A stretch of 64,000 nucleotides of DNA from Planctomycetota bacterium (lineage in GTDB: Bacteria; Planctomycetota; UBA1135; GCA-002748355), in contig DROQ01000081.1 of the NCBI GenBank assembly GCA_011321845.1, positions 3,237-67,236 on the forward strand, in the 5' to 3' direction. Under the pieces are notes generated by a model that worked only from the letters and a program-made list of their open reading frames with translations, did no database searches and was not told where the DNA came from. Shown piece after piece: positions 26,263 to 35,209 of this stretch (positions within the stretch are counted from its first letter, which is position 1; the number at the start of each line of letters is the position of its first letter). The position numbers were made by a program, and so were the translations under genes.

Positions 26263-27787
26263 GTTTGAATGCCTTGACCCTCCCCTCGATTTCGTCGAAG
26301 TCCTTGCGGGAGGTTTCGGTGAAGGCTGCAAGTTCCTCGGATCTCGCGGCGTTGTCCTGCCCCATTTGATCGAGGGTGGAGAGTGCCGCCTTGATCTGGT
26401 TCAGGTTGCCCGCCTGTTCCCCCGATTGAGCCTTGATCTCATGGAGGATTTTGCTGACCTCCTCTGTGCCCTCCTGGATCCTCTTGAAGAATTCGCGCAC
26501 CTCGGAGGTGATGAGGACCCCACGGTCCGCTCGGTTCGCCGCCTCGGTGATCATGGAGGAGGAGTTCTGGGCGGCTTCGGCGCTCCTTTGTGCAAGACTT
26601 CGGACCTCTTCGGCCACAACAGCGAAACCTTTGCCCGCCTCACCCGCGCGGGCCGCTTCGACCGCTGCGTTGAGGGCGAGCAAATTGGTCTGGAACGCGA
26701 TCTCGTCGATGATATTGATCACCTTGCCGATCTCCTCACCCGACTCCTTGATCTGCTGCATGGCCTGGTCCAGGTCCTTCATCCGCAGGTTGCCGGTCTT
26801 GGCCGTCCCCGCGTTCTCGCTCGCGATGTTGTTGGCCTGGATGGAGATCTTGGCCGTACTCTCCGTCCGCTGGCTGAGTTCTCGAAGGGTGGCGTTGAGT
26901 TCTTCGAGGGAGGCCGCCTGGGTCGAGGCGTCCTGGGCCAGGTGGGTACTGCAATCGACCACCTCCTTGGACTGGCTTTTGAGCCTCTCCACGGATTGCC
27001 GGATCCCCAGAATGGATTCGTTGAGCCGGTCGCAGAAGACGTTGAAGGAGTATCCGAGTCTGCCGACTTCGTCCCGCTCATGGGCCTCGACTCTCTGGCT
27101 CAGATCCCCGTCGCCCTCCGCGATCTCATGCAGGCGTTCCGCCAGGTTTCTGATGGGATGAATCATGGACTTTTTGAGGAAGAGGGTGGCCGCGACCAGG
27201 GCGCCCAGACCAAGGAGGATGGCTCCCCATTGGACCCTGGCGAGCAGAACCTTTCCCTCGTCTCCTTTCTTTTGGAGGCCTTGGGTTGCCTTGTTCATCA
27301 GGCGAAGGAGGTCCAAGTTCTTCGCGCTTAGCATGGCGAGCGCGGCGTGGAGCGCCTCCCTGGGGGCATTCTTGGCGAGGGCTTTTTCCAGGGCGTTGTG
27401 GATGGGTTCCCATACCTTGAGACCCTCTTGGAGGGCCGCCTGAGCCTCGGGATCCTTTACGGCTGGGAGAGTGCAGGGCTTTGAGGCCGCGTCCAAGGTT
27501 TCGCCACCCAGCAAGAGGGCTCTCAGGGTCTTGTGGAAAAGACTGCTCGTCTTCTTCAGTTGGGCGCGCTGGTGCCCGCGGCCTTCGGGACTTTTCGCCT
27601 GGGCGAGGAACTGCGCTTCCTTGGTCATCTTCTGGGACAGCATCCGCTGTCGCCCCGCGAGGTTGATCAGAAGGCCCATGGCCTTCTGTTCCCCTAAGAA
27701 GACAAAGGATTGGGTCGCCGTCCCCACAATGATCACGGTGAAGAGACCAAGCACGAGGAGGAGCTTGGTTTGGACGGAAAAATTCAT
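26252..27787 (-). CDS. Methyl-accepting chemotaxis protein with PilJ/NarX-type N-terminal sensor, HAMP and MA domains
   Basis: Start at ATG 27787 ([16 protein letters not shown]). Sensor motif [17 protein letters not shown], a HAMP region, and the conserved hairpin [38 protein letters not shown]. No che genes in the window. Confidence 0.9.
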   Translation of the reverse strand: MNFSVQTKLLLVLGLFTVIIVGTATQSFVFLGEQKAMGLLINLAGRQRMLSQKMTKEAQFLAQAKSPEGRGHQRAQLKKTSSLFHKTLRALLLGGETLDAASKPCTLPAVKDPEAQAALQEGLKVWEPIHNALEKALAKNAPREALHAALAMLSAKNLDLLRLMNKATQGLQKKGDEGKVLLARVQWGAILLGLGALVAATLFLKKSMIHPIRNLAERLHEIAEGDGDLSQRVEAHERDEVGRLGYSFNVFCDRLNESILGIRQSVERLKSQSKEVVDCSTHLAQDASTQAASLEELNATLRELSQRTESTAKISIQANNIASENAGTAKTGNLRMKDLDQAMQQIKESGEEIGKVINIIDEIAFQTNLLALNAAVEAARAGEAGKGFAVVAEEVRSLAQRSAEAAQNSSSMITEAANRADRGVLITSEVREFFKRIQEGTEEVSKILHEIKAQSGEQAGNLNQIKAALSTLDQMGQDNAARSEELAAFTETSRKDFDEIEGRVKAFKLKT

Positions 27788-27898
27788 AATGCACTCTTTC
27801 CCTTTCTGTGGGTTCTCCCCCTGGGATAGGATCCATGCCCCCCTTGAGCAGGGGAAGGTCCACCCGATGACTCTTTTTCGTCCAGACTCCGAAAACAA

Positions 27899-29392
27899 AT
27901 GAAACTTTTCTTCCTCCCTTTTGCCCTTCTTTTGGGAGTATCGCTACCCTCCCAGGTTTCCCGATCCATGGCCTCCAAGATCCAGAAGGAGGGGCTCGAA
28001 AACAGCCATGTCATGGAACATTTGGATATGCTCACCAACGGGATCGGGCCTCGGTTGACCGGGTCGAGAAACTTCGAGCTTGCTTGCAAGTGGGCAAAGC
28101 GCCGCTTCGAGAGCTATGGGCTCGAAGCGAAATTGGAGAAGTGGACCGAATGGCCTCGAGGCTGGGACAGGGGGCAATGGCAGGGACGGATCACGGCTCC
28201 CGAATCCATGGACCTCCAGATTGCGACTCCGGCTTGGACAGCGGGGACCAAGGGACGACTCCTGGGTGAGTTGACCCTTCTCCCCCGGAGCAAGCTCAGG
28301 CTCATGAAGGAGAGGAGACGTTTAAAGGGCAAGATCCTTTTCGGGCCGATTCCTTCGCGGAGGTCCGCCTATGGGCGCCAGTTCCTGGACCTGCTTTCGG
28401 AGATCGGGGCCAAGGCGATTCTCTCGCCTTCGAAGGGGGACAAGGCCTTTCCCAACCGAATCCGCGTTTTCGGCTCCTTCCGGACGGTGTTCGCCAAACC
28501 AGACCGTCTCCCAAAGGTTCCCGTCATGGTCGTCCGGGCAGACCAGGGGAAAAAGATCGAAGCCTGGCTCAAGGCCAGGAAAAAGGTCGAAGGAGAATTC
28601 GAGATCCGCAATCGGTGGCGGGAAGGCCCCATCCCCATCCACAACGTTGTGGCCGAACTCAAGGGAAGCCAAAAGCCGGAAGAGGTGGTGATCGTCTGCG
28701 GGCACCTGGACTCCTGGCATCAGGCGACAGGAACCACCGACAACGGGACGGGCTCAGCGACCACCATCGAGGCTGCCCGGATCCTCGCGGCCGTGGGGGC
28801 GAAACCCAAGAGGACCATCCGCTTTATTCTCTGGGGTGGGGAGGAGCAGGGGCTCCTTGGATCCATCGCCTATGTGAGAAGGCACCGGCAGGAATTGAAG
28901 CGGGTGTCCTGTGTCCTCAACCATGACACGGGAACCAACTGGGCTCATCGCTTGTCGGTCACGGAGGCCCAATTTCCCCTTATGGAAAAGGTGTTCGCTC
29001 CAGTGATGAAGCTCCCCCCGCCCGACAAGGATCGGAAGGGACCGGTCTTCCTCCTGAAAAAGGTCAAAACTCTGGGCCGGGGAGGGGGGAGCGACCACGC
29101 TTCCTTTTTGAGGGCCGGGGTCCCTGCTTTTCCCTGGGGCTTGACGGGACGGAGCAATTACTTTGGGCGCACCTGGCACAGCCAATGGGATACCTATGAC
29201 GCTGCGATTCCCGAGTACCAGCGCCATACGGCGACGGTGATCGCCTTGACCGCCCTGGGGGTGGCCAACCTCCCCAGCCTCCTTCCCCGCAACCGGAAGG
29301 GAAAGACGGCCCCGAAGAAGGCCCGGAAGGCGGACAAAAAGCAGGAGGCCAAAAGCTCCAAGAAGAAGCCCCAGGCAAGCACCGGCCGGTAG
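27899..29392 (+). CDS. Secreted M28-family metallo-aminopeptidase with Lys-rich C-terminal tail
   Basis: Signal peptide. M28 metal-ligand blocks [21 protein letters not shown] and [13 protein letters not shown]-domain-like insert. The tail is [26 protein letters not shown]. Confidence 0.85.
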   Translation: MKLFFLPFALLLGVSLPSQVSRSMASKIQKEGLENSHVMEHLDMLTNGIGPRLTGSRNFELACKWAKRRFESYGLEAKLEKWTEWPRGWDRGQWQGRITAPESMDLQIATPAWTAGTKGRLLGELTLLPRSKLRLMKERRRLKGKILFGPIPSRRSAYGRQFLDLLSEIGAKAILSPSKGDKAFPNRIRVFGSFRTVFAKPDRLPKVPVMVVRADQGKKIEAWLKARKKVEGEFEIRNRWREGPIPIHNVVAELKGSQKPEEVVIVCGHLDSWHQATGTTDNGTGSATTIEAARILAAVGAKPKRTIRFILWGGEEQGLLGSIAYVRRHRQELKRVSCVLNHDTGTNWAHRLSVTEAQFPLMEKVFAPVMKLPPPDKDRKGPVFLLKKVKTLGRGGGSDHASFLRAGVPAFPWGLTGRSNYFGRTWHSQWDTYDAAIPEYQRHTATVIALTALGVANLPSLLPRNRKGKTAPKKARKADKKQEAKSSKKKPQASTGR

Positions 29393-29433
29393 ACCCGGAC
29401 TCGGGAATCCTTGGAGTCGGGGGGCCCCAGGGT

Positions 29434-32400
29434 TTATTTGCGCTGACTCCTTCGGATGAGTTTGGGGCGGGGCTTGGCCTTCCAGACGGCGACCTCGTCC
29501 ATACCGACTTGGATGGCCTTGAGGAGTTGCGGGTCGATTCCCTGCTGTTCGGCCAAGGGGCCGGTCGGGACCCTGAAATCGGGCATGCACCCGTTCAGCT
29601 CCATATCCTGTCCGGTCGGAGCGATGAACCATCCACGGAAGGGGAGCCGGATGAAACTGCCATCCATGAGCAGGGTGCCGCCTGTGGAGATGACTCCGCC
29701 GGCGGTCCGCTCACCGACGATCTTTCCTCGCTTCAGAGTCTTAACCGCGTGGGAGATGATCTCCGCGTTGGAAAAGCTGTATTCGTTGCAGAGCAGGACA
29801 ATGGGTTTGTTCCAAGTCGCGTAGATTCTGCGGTCCTGGGGATAGCCCGGTTTGTTCCCTCCGCGTGGGATCGTGAGCGCGTGGGATGGTTGGCAGAGGA
29901 TGGTGAGAATGTGATCGGCAGTGAACCCCCCGCCATTGTCCCTCACGTCGATCAGAAGGCCGTCTTTGCCCGCGCCGGCCGAGAACAGCTCCTTTTCCAA
30001 ACGATGAAAACTGCTCCAGTTCATTCCTCGGATATGGACATAACCAAGGGTTCCTCCACTGCTTTCCTCCACTTCCCTGCGCCGCCGTCGAACGAGATCG
30101 TCGTAGAGCAGGGATGCGATCACGACCTTGGGCCTGGGAGTGATGCTCAGGGTCCGGGTCCCTCCCGACAGATCCCGGATCTTGACCTGGATCGGTTTTG
30201 CCTGATCGAAGCTAAGGAGCGCCTCGATGTCGCTGTCGGGGCCGACAGCTCTTCCCTGGATTTCCAGGAGACGTTCGCCGGTGAGGATCTTTGAGCGCCT
30301 CAGCCAGGCGGGGCTCTTGTAGATCACACGGTCGACGAGGAGGCCGGGTCCTCCGGCCTTGCGATTGAAGCGGAGGCCGAGGTCGTAGGTCTGCTTTCGC
30401 CAGGTCTTGGAGCTGGGAGCGGCCAGGCCGGCCGGGGTCCGGGCGCCCCTGTAACCGAGATGGGAACCATTCAGTTCTCCCAGCATTTCGTTGACAAGGA
30501 TGGAAAACTGGTTGGCGGAGAGGCAGTAGGGGGCGACTTCCGCGTAGCGATCTCCCACTTCCTTCCAATCTCTATTGTTCAGGGCTGGATCATAAAAACC
30601 GGCTCCGATGGTGTACCAGGCCTGTCGGAAGACAGCCACACGGCGCTCACGCCAATCCCATGTGAGGCGCACTTGGAAGGGGTAGGTCTTTGTTTTGAGG
30701 GTCTTGGGGGCGACCAGGGCAGGGACTCCGGATTGGTTGCCCACGAAGAAGCCGTTCTTGAGGCGATGCGAAAGCCGCGGGAGGCTGCGGGCCACTTGTT
30801 TCGGCTTGCCGAGCTTGGGGAAGCCGAGAGAGTAATAGCCGGAACGACCCTCTCCCTTGGAGTGGAAGAAGAGGGTTTTGCCATCCTTGGAAAAAAACAG
30901 GCCACTCTCTCTGCTCCCACGGAGGGAAATGCGGTGGACGCGCTCCCAGGCTCCTGGGATATCGAGGACCGGTTGGGGATCCTGACTCTTCTTCGATGCG
31001 TTCTCTCTTTTGGGAGTGGATTTCTTTGAGGCGGGGCTGCCCTTTTTGCCCTGTTTGTTTTTCTTCTTCTTTTCAAAGGCCTTGAGGGCTTTTTCGACCT
31101 TGCGGTCCCTCTCGGTCTCTTCTTCGATCCTGGGGGAGAGGTTGGCGTAGAAGATGTCGCGTTCCCCCTCTTCGCGTTTTCCGATCCAGGCGATTCTGGT
31201 CCCGTCGGGGGACCAGCTCGGCCCTGTGTCGAGATCCGGATGGCGGGAGAGATTGACGAGGACTCCTCCGCCATCGGCCCGGATCACCCGGACATCACGG
31301 TTGAAGTCCTGGTCGTTTCGCGTGATGACAAAGTATTTGCCATCGGGGGACCATTCGAACTCGGGCCGATCCCAACCTCTCTCCACGAGAACCATTCCCT
31401 TGCCATCCAGGTCCGTGTGGATCAGGTCTCCCTTGCGGACGTAGGCGAGGCGCTTCCCGTCGGGAGAAAAGCTCAGGGAAGTTTCGATGGCCAGGTCGTT
31501 TGTAAGCCGTTTGAAGTCGAATCCCTTCTGGAGGAACCAGGGTTTTTCTGGATCCTTTCGCGTGGCATACCAGATGTCTGGATGGTAACCCTCCCTGTCG
31601 GAGATGAAATAAAGCCGTTTGCCATCGGGGCTGAAGCGTGGTTCCCGCTCTTCGACCGCGTCGTGGGTCAGCCGGATCGGCTCGGAGAGGATGAGATCCA
31701 TGATCCAGAGGTCGCCACCCGCTTCGAAGACGCATTCCTTGCCGTCGGGGGTGAAGTCGACGGCCGAGGCGGTCTTCTCTTCTCTCCGTTCCAGGGCGAT
31801 GGCTTCGACATCCAGAGGGCATTCGATCTTGATTCTTTCCAGGTCGCTCTCCTTTGAGGGATCCCAGCGGAACAGGTCGAAGCCATGGCGGAAGACGACG
31901 ATCCCCGATTCCCTCGCCCGGACGGGGTTGAGAATGCCGCTGTAGTCTTTTTGGATCGAGTAATGGGTGAGCTGTTTGGCATTCCCCAAGCGCCCGTCTT
32001 CATGCAACTGCATAGAGAAGAGGTTGCGGGTCCCCTCTCTCTCGGCAACGAAGAGGAAGGTGCGAGGGTCCACCCAGAGGGGCCAGAGATGATCCACGTT
32101 CATCCCGTCCTGGTGATCGGGAGAGATTCGCTCGAAGCGGGGAGGGGTCTCGTTCAAAAAGGCCATCCAGAGCTGGCTGGCGGCCGGCCCCACATAGCCC
32201 TTTCGTTTTGTATGGACCCGCCCCCGGGAAAAGAGGAGGCGGCTCCCGTCAGGGGAGAGCCTCCCGTCGCCGGCGTAAACGTCGACGATGGGATCCTTGA
32301 CAAAGGCGAGCTTGCCCGGTTCCGGGATGGGCAGCAAAAAAAGCCGGGTGCCTCGGTAGGGACCCGTGGCCCTCCGGTCGCTCACGAGGAGCGATTTGCC

Positions 32401-32808
32401 ATCGGCGCTCCACTGCCGGGGAAAAAGCGTGCGAGTCGCTCCGCAGATCTGCCGTGGGGCGCCTCCCTCCCTCGAGACCAACCAGATCGTCCTGCCATCG
32501 GCCGAGCGATTGCTGGAAAAGGCGATCCACTTGCCATCGGGGGAGAACCGTGGGCTGCTGTCCGACCAGGTTCCCAGGGTGAGGCGCCGGGCGGTTCCAC
32601 CCTTGGCATCGACCGTCCATAGGTTCCCCAAAAAGGAGAAGACAAGGGTGTCCCCGGAGGGGCTGAGGTCATAGGAGCTGAGGACGCGGGCTTGGATGCT
32701 GGACGACCCTGAGGGTGCCGGCTTTTTCGAGGTTCCTCCTTGGGTCCAAGCCGGAAGAAGGGGGAAGAGGGCGGCAGTCGGTATTGTCAGGAAATGGCAC
32801 AGTCTCAT
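29434..32808 (-). CDS. Tricorn-protease-like S41 peptidase (beta-propellers + PDZ + S41 catalytic domain)
   Basis: 1124 aa. Signal peptide. Repeated TolB/WD40-like SPDGxxxAF units (at least 6). A PDZ-like region and a C-terminal S41 block (DVRDNGGGF...NEYSFSNAEI...GERTAGG). A Lys-rich insert (KKKKNKQGKKGSPASKKSTPKRENASKKSQ) lies between the propeller and protease parts. Confidence 0.85.
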   Translation of the reverse strand: MRLCHFLTIPTAALFPLLPAWTQGGTSKKPAPSGSSSIQARVLSSYDLSPSGDTLVFSFLGNLWTVDAKGGTARRLTLGTWSDSSPRFSPDGKWIAFSSNRSADGRTIWLVSREGGAPRQICGATRTLFPRQWSADGKSLLVSDRRATGPYRGTRLFLLPIPEPGKLAFVKDPIVDVYAGDGRLSPDGSRLLFSRGRVHTKRKGYVGPAASQLWMAFLNETPPRFERISPDHQDGMNVDHLWPLWVDPRTFLFVAEREGTRNLFSMQLHEDGRLGNAKQLTHYSIQKDYSGILNPVRARESGIVVFRHGFDLFRWDPSKESDLERIKIECPLDVEAIALERREEKTASAVDFTPDGKECVFEAGGDLWIMDLILSEPIRLTHDAVEEREPRFSPDGKRLYFISDREGYHPDIWYATRKDPEKPWFLQKGFDFKRLTNDLAIETSLSFSPDGKRLAYVRKGDLIHTDLDGKGMVLVERGWDRPEFEWSPDGKYFVITRNDQDFNRDVRVIRADGGGVLVNLSRHPDLDTGPSWSPDGTRIAWIGKREEGERDIFYANLSPRIEEETERDRKVEKALKAFEKKKKNKQGKKGSPASKKSTPKRENASKKSQDPQPVLDIPGAWERVHRISLRGSRESGLFFSKDGKTLFFHSKGEGRSGYYSLGFPKLGKPKQVARSLPRLSHRLKNGFFVGNQSGVPALVAPKTLKTKTYPFQVRLTWDWRERRVAVFRQAWYTIGAGFYDPALNNRDWKEVGDRYAEVAPYCLSANQFSILVNEMLGELNGSHLGYRGARTPAGLAAPSSKTWRKQTYDLGLRFNRKAGGPGLLVDRVIYKSPAWLRRSKILTGERLLEIQGRAVGPDSDIEALLSFDQAKPIQVKIRDLSGGTRTLSITPRPKVVIASLLYDDLVRRRRREVEESSGGTLGYVHIRGMNWSSFHRLEKELFSAGAGKDGLLIDVRDNGGGFTADHILTILCQPSHALTIPRGGNKPGYPQDRRIYATWNKPIVLLCNEYSFSNAEIISHAVKTLKRGKIVGERTAGGVISTGGTLLMDGSFIRLPFRGWFIAPTGQDMELNGCMPDFRVPTGPLAEQQGIDPQLLKAIQVGMDEVAVWKAKPRPKLIRRSQRK

Positions 32809-32888
32809 TTGGTCTGGACCCTGTATTCTTGGTTTGCGGCTTTTTTCAAAGCGCTGTTCTACGAGTTTTTCCCTCTTCCTGCGAGTCT

Positions 32889-33743
32889 ATGCCCAAGGCA
32901 TCTGTTTCCCTGATTATCCCGGTCTACCAGAGTGCTCACTTCCTCGAGGACTCGGTCGGCCGCTGCGTGGCCTGGCTCGACGGCCTCCCGGAGGATACCG
33001 AGCTGCTCCTGATCGATGACGCGAGCAAGGACGGGAGTTGGGAGCTGATGAAGAATCTGGTGGAGAAACACCGCGGGTGCAAAACCAGGCTGAGGGCCCT
33101 GAGAAACCTGGAGAACAGAGGGAAGGGCTTTTCGGTTCGACGGGGAATGCTCCTGGCCGAAGGGGACTTCCGGATCTTTACCGACGCGGACCTGACCTAC
33201 CCGGTGGAGGACGCCGCCAACCTCCTGCGAGCCCTCCAGGACGGGGCGGATGTCGCCATCGGGAGCCGCATGCATCCGGACAGCCGCTATATCGTCGCTC
33301 CCGATTTCCTCCGCTACATCTATTCGCGCCATCTCTTTGGCCGGATTTTCAATCTGCTCGTCCGCATCCTGGTGGTTCCGGGGATCTACGACACGCAGGC
33401 AGGCCTCAAGGGGGTTCGCAAGGAAGTGGCACCGGATCTCTTTCCTCGGGGCCGTCTCCAGCGCTTTTCCTTCGACGTGGAGTTCCTGTTCCTCGCTCGC
33501 TTGCTCGGCTACCGCATCCAACAGTGCCCCCTCCAGTTCTACTACCGCAAAGAACCGAGCACCGTGCACTTCGTCCGTGACAGTTTCCGCATGCTCATGG
33601 ACATGCTCCGCATCCGATGGCGCTCCTTCCGTGGCCGTTACAGGACCCCCACCCCTCCCCAGGCCATTCTCGACGACCCCGCCTGCGGCCCCGAGTTTCC
33701 TGCGGCTCCTGAAGGAACCGGCGAGCGTTCTGTCGAACTTTGA
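32889..33743 (+). CDS. GT2 polyprenyl-phosphate glycosyltransferase (DPM1/ALG5/GtrB-like)
   Basis: ATG 32889 (MPKASVSLIIPVYQ). LIDDASKDGS, NRGKGFSVRRG, FTDADL and the DTQAGLKG motif typical of dolichyl/undecaprenyl-phosphate sugar synthases. Confidence 0.8.
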   Translation: MPKASVSLIIPVYQSAHFLEDSVGRCVAWLDGLPEDTELLLIDDASKDGSWELMKNLVEKHRGCKTRLRALRNLENRGKGFSVRRGMLLAEGDFRIFTDADLTYPVEDAANLLRALQDGADVAIGSRMHPDSRYIVAPDFLRYIYSRHLFGRIFNLLVRILVVPGIYDTQAGLKGVRKEVAPDLFPRGRLQRFSFDVEFLFLARLLGYRIQQCPLQFYYRKEPSTVHFVRDSFRMLMDMLRIRWRSFRGRYRTPTPPQAILDDPACGPEFPAAPEGTGERSVEL

Positions 33744-33859
33744 CCCGGCCCTTCTCCTCCCGCTAGGCTTCCCTCTTTCTCCGCCAGGTTCGGAATCCTC
33801 CATGGGGAATCAGAAGTTTTGGTGAAAGCCACTCAAGAAAGATTCGGGGCTGAACTCGG

Positions 33860-33922
33860 AATCCTCCAAGGGCTTTGGCCGACTTTGCCGAAGGCGCCTG
33901 AGGCCAAAGCCCTTGGAGGATT
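33860..33922. repeat. Perfect 21-bp-arm inverted repeat (long hairpin) between convergent genes
   Basis: AATCCTCCAAGGGCTTTGGCC (33860-33880) and its exact reverse complement (33902-33922) are separated by 21 nt. A third, direct partial copy TCGGAATCCTCCATGGGG lies near 33792. Confidence 0.85.
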
Positions 33923-34019
33923 TCGAGCGGGGCGGGGGAAGAAAGAACCTTGTGGGAAGAGGACCCTGTGGGGAGGAGAAGGCGCGAGTCAAGGTCGAGC
34001 GGCGAAGTCTTCTGGGCTC

Positions 34020-34910
34020 CTAGGCGATCTCTCCGAAGCGGCTGGGGCGCACCCCCATGGCGAGGACCAGGTCCACGAATTCGGGATCGGTGAGGGTCGC
34101 AAGCTCTTTTCCGAAGTTCGGGAACTGTCCAGGTCCCAGGTGATCCAGGTGCGCGAAGTCCTGATCCTCCAGGCGGGGGTGGACCATCCATTCGGCCCGG
34201 TTGGAGCGGAGCTGTCTCAGTTGCTTGAGAAAGAAGCCACGGTAATCCGACTTGTCAAAGCCCGAGAGGCCCAAAAAGGAGGTCTCGCCACGGGGGAGGT
34301 GGAGGGCTCTCGCGCGCCGACGAAACCCCCGGGTGAAGAGCGCAAGGAGGTTTCTTCGGGGGGAGAAGAGGTTCCAGAGATGGGCTTCTTCGATGGGGAG
34401 ACGGATCCAGGGGATGTTGTGCTTTTGCAGGGCACGAACCAGGGCGTCGCGGATTTGGGGGAATACGTGGACGTGGTGGTGCCCATTGAGATGGGTGAGG
34501 AGGAGGTCCCCGGATCGCGCTCGCTCGAGCTGGGCAAGGATCTCCCCCTCGATCGCCTCCTGGTCCAGTTTTTTCAGGAGGCAGGCGCGCAGGACCCGGG
34601 GCAGAGGATAGAACCTCCCCTTCTCGTCGGTCAGCTCCGGAATCGGCCCCTTCAGCGCCGTTCCCAGGGTAAAACTGAGATGGAGCCCCATCCCCAGCTC
34701 GGGGTGCAGCTCTCGGACGAGGGCGATCCCCTCTTCGCAGGCCTTTCCGGTGACGCAGAGGCTCGTTTCCCGGACGAGTCCCGCCTCGAAAGCCCTCAAG
34801 ATCCCCTCGTTGGTCCCCTTGGAGATCCCCAGGTCATCCGCGCAGAAGACGATCCATTTTCTCGGGGGACCCATCGGGGGGAAGATAGCTGGTTTCCCCC
34901 GATGATTCAT
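34020..34910 (-). CDS. ChbG/HpnK (YdjC) family carbohydrate deacetylase
   Basis: N-terminal FCADDLGISKGTNEGI (the family's D-D motif), HLNGHHHVH, ~296 aa. Confidence 0.8.
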   Translation of the reverse strand: MNHRGKPAIFPPMGPPRKWIVFCADDLGISKGTNEGILRAFEAGLVRETSLCVTGKACEEGIALVRELHPELGMGLHLSFTLGTALKGPIPELTDEKGRFYPLPRVLRACLLKKLDQEAIEGEILAQLERARSGDLLLTHLNGHHHVHVFPQIRDALVRALQKHNIPWIRLPIEEAHLWNLFSPRRNLLALFTRGFRRRARALHLPRGETSFLGLSGFDKSDYRGFFLKQLRQLRSNRAEWMVHPRLEDQDFAHLDHLGPGQFPNFGKELATLTDPEFVDLVLAMGVRPSRFGEIA

Positions 34911-34940
34911 GGGCTTGTGGTTGAAAAGAAAGGGAAAGGC

Positions 34941-34968
34941 TTGACGGCCCCACTCTTAGGAATAGAAT
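34941..34968 (+). promoter_or_regulatory. Sigma-70-type promoter candidate for tRNA-Asp
   Basis: TTGACG (34941-34946), a 16 nt spacer, then TAGAAT (34963-34968), about 37 nt upstream of the tRNA 5' end. Confidence 0.5.
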
Positions 34969-35004
34969 CCCTCGCCCTGTCCCTTGTGGGCAGGGCTCCT
35001 GCGA

Positions 35005-35082
<78 letters not shown>

Positions 35083-35123
35083 TCGGTCTTGATTCGATAA
35101 GGATCTGTTGCGACCAAAGTTAT

Positions 35124-35168
35124 AAAAGCCAAAGGCCTTCGGTGTTGTGCCGAAGGCCTTTGGCTTTT
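35124..35168. terminator. Bidirectional rho-independent terminator
   Basis: AAAAGCCAAAGGCCTTCGG - TGTTGTG - CCGAAGGCCTTTGGCTTTT. A perfect 15-bp GC-rich stem flanked by A4/T4. It sits between tRNA-Asp (+) and the end of the 35210..37012 gene (-). Confidence 0.75.
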
Positions 35169-35209
35169 ACGGCCGCTTCCCAGTCGGACCGCTTCACCGT
35201 GGGGCTGAC

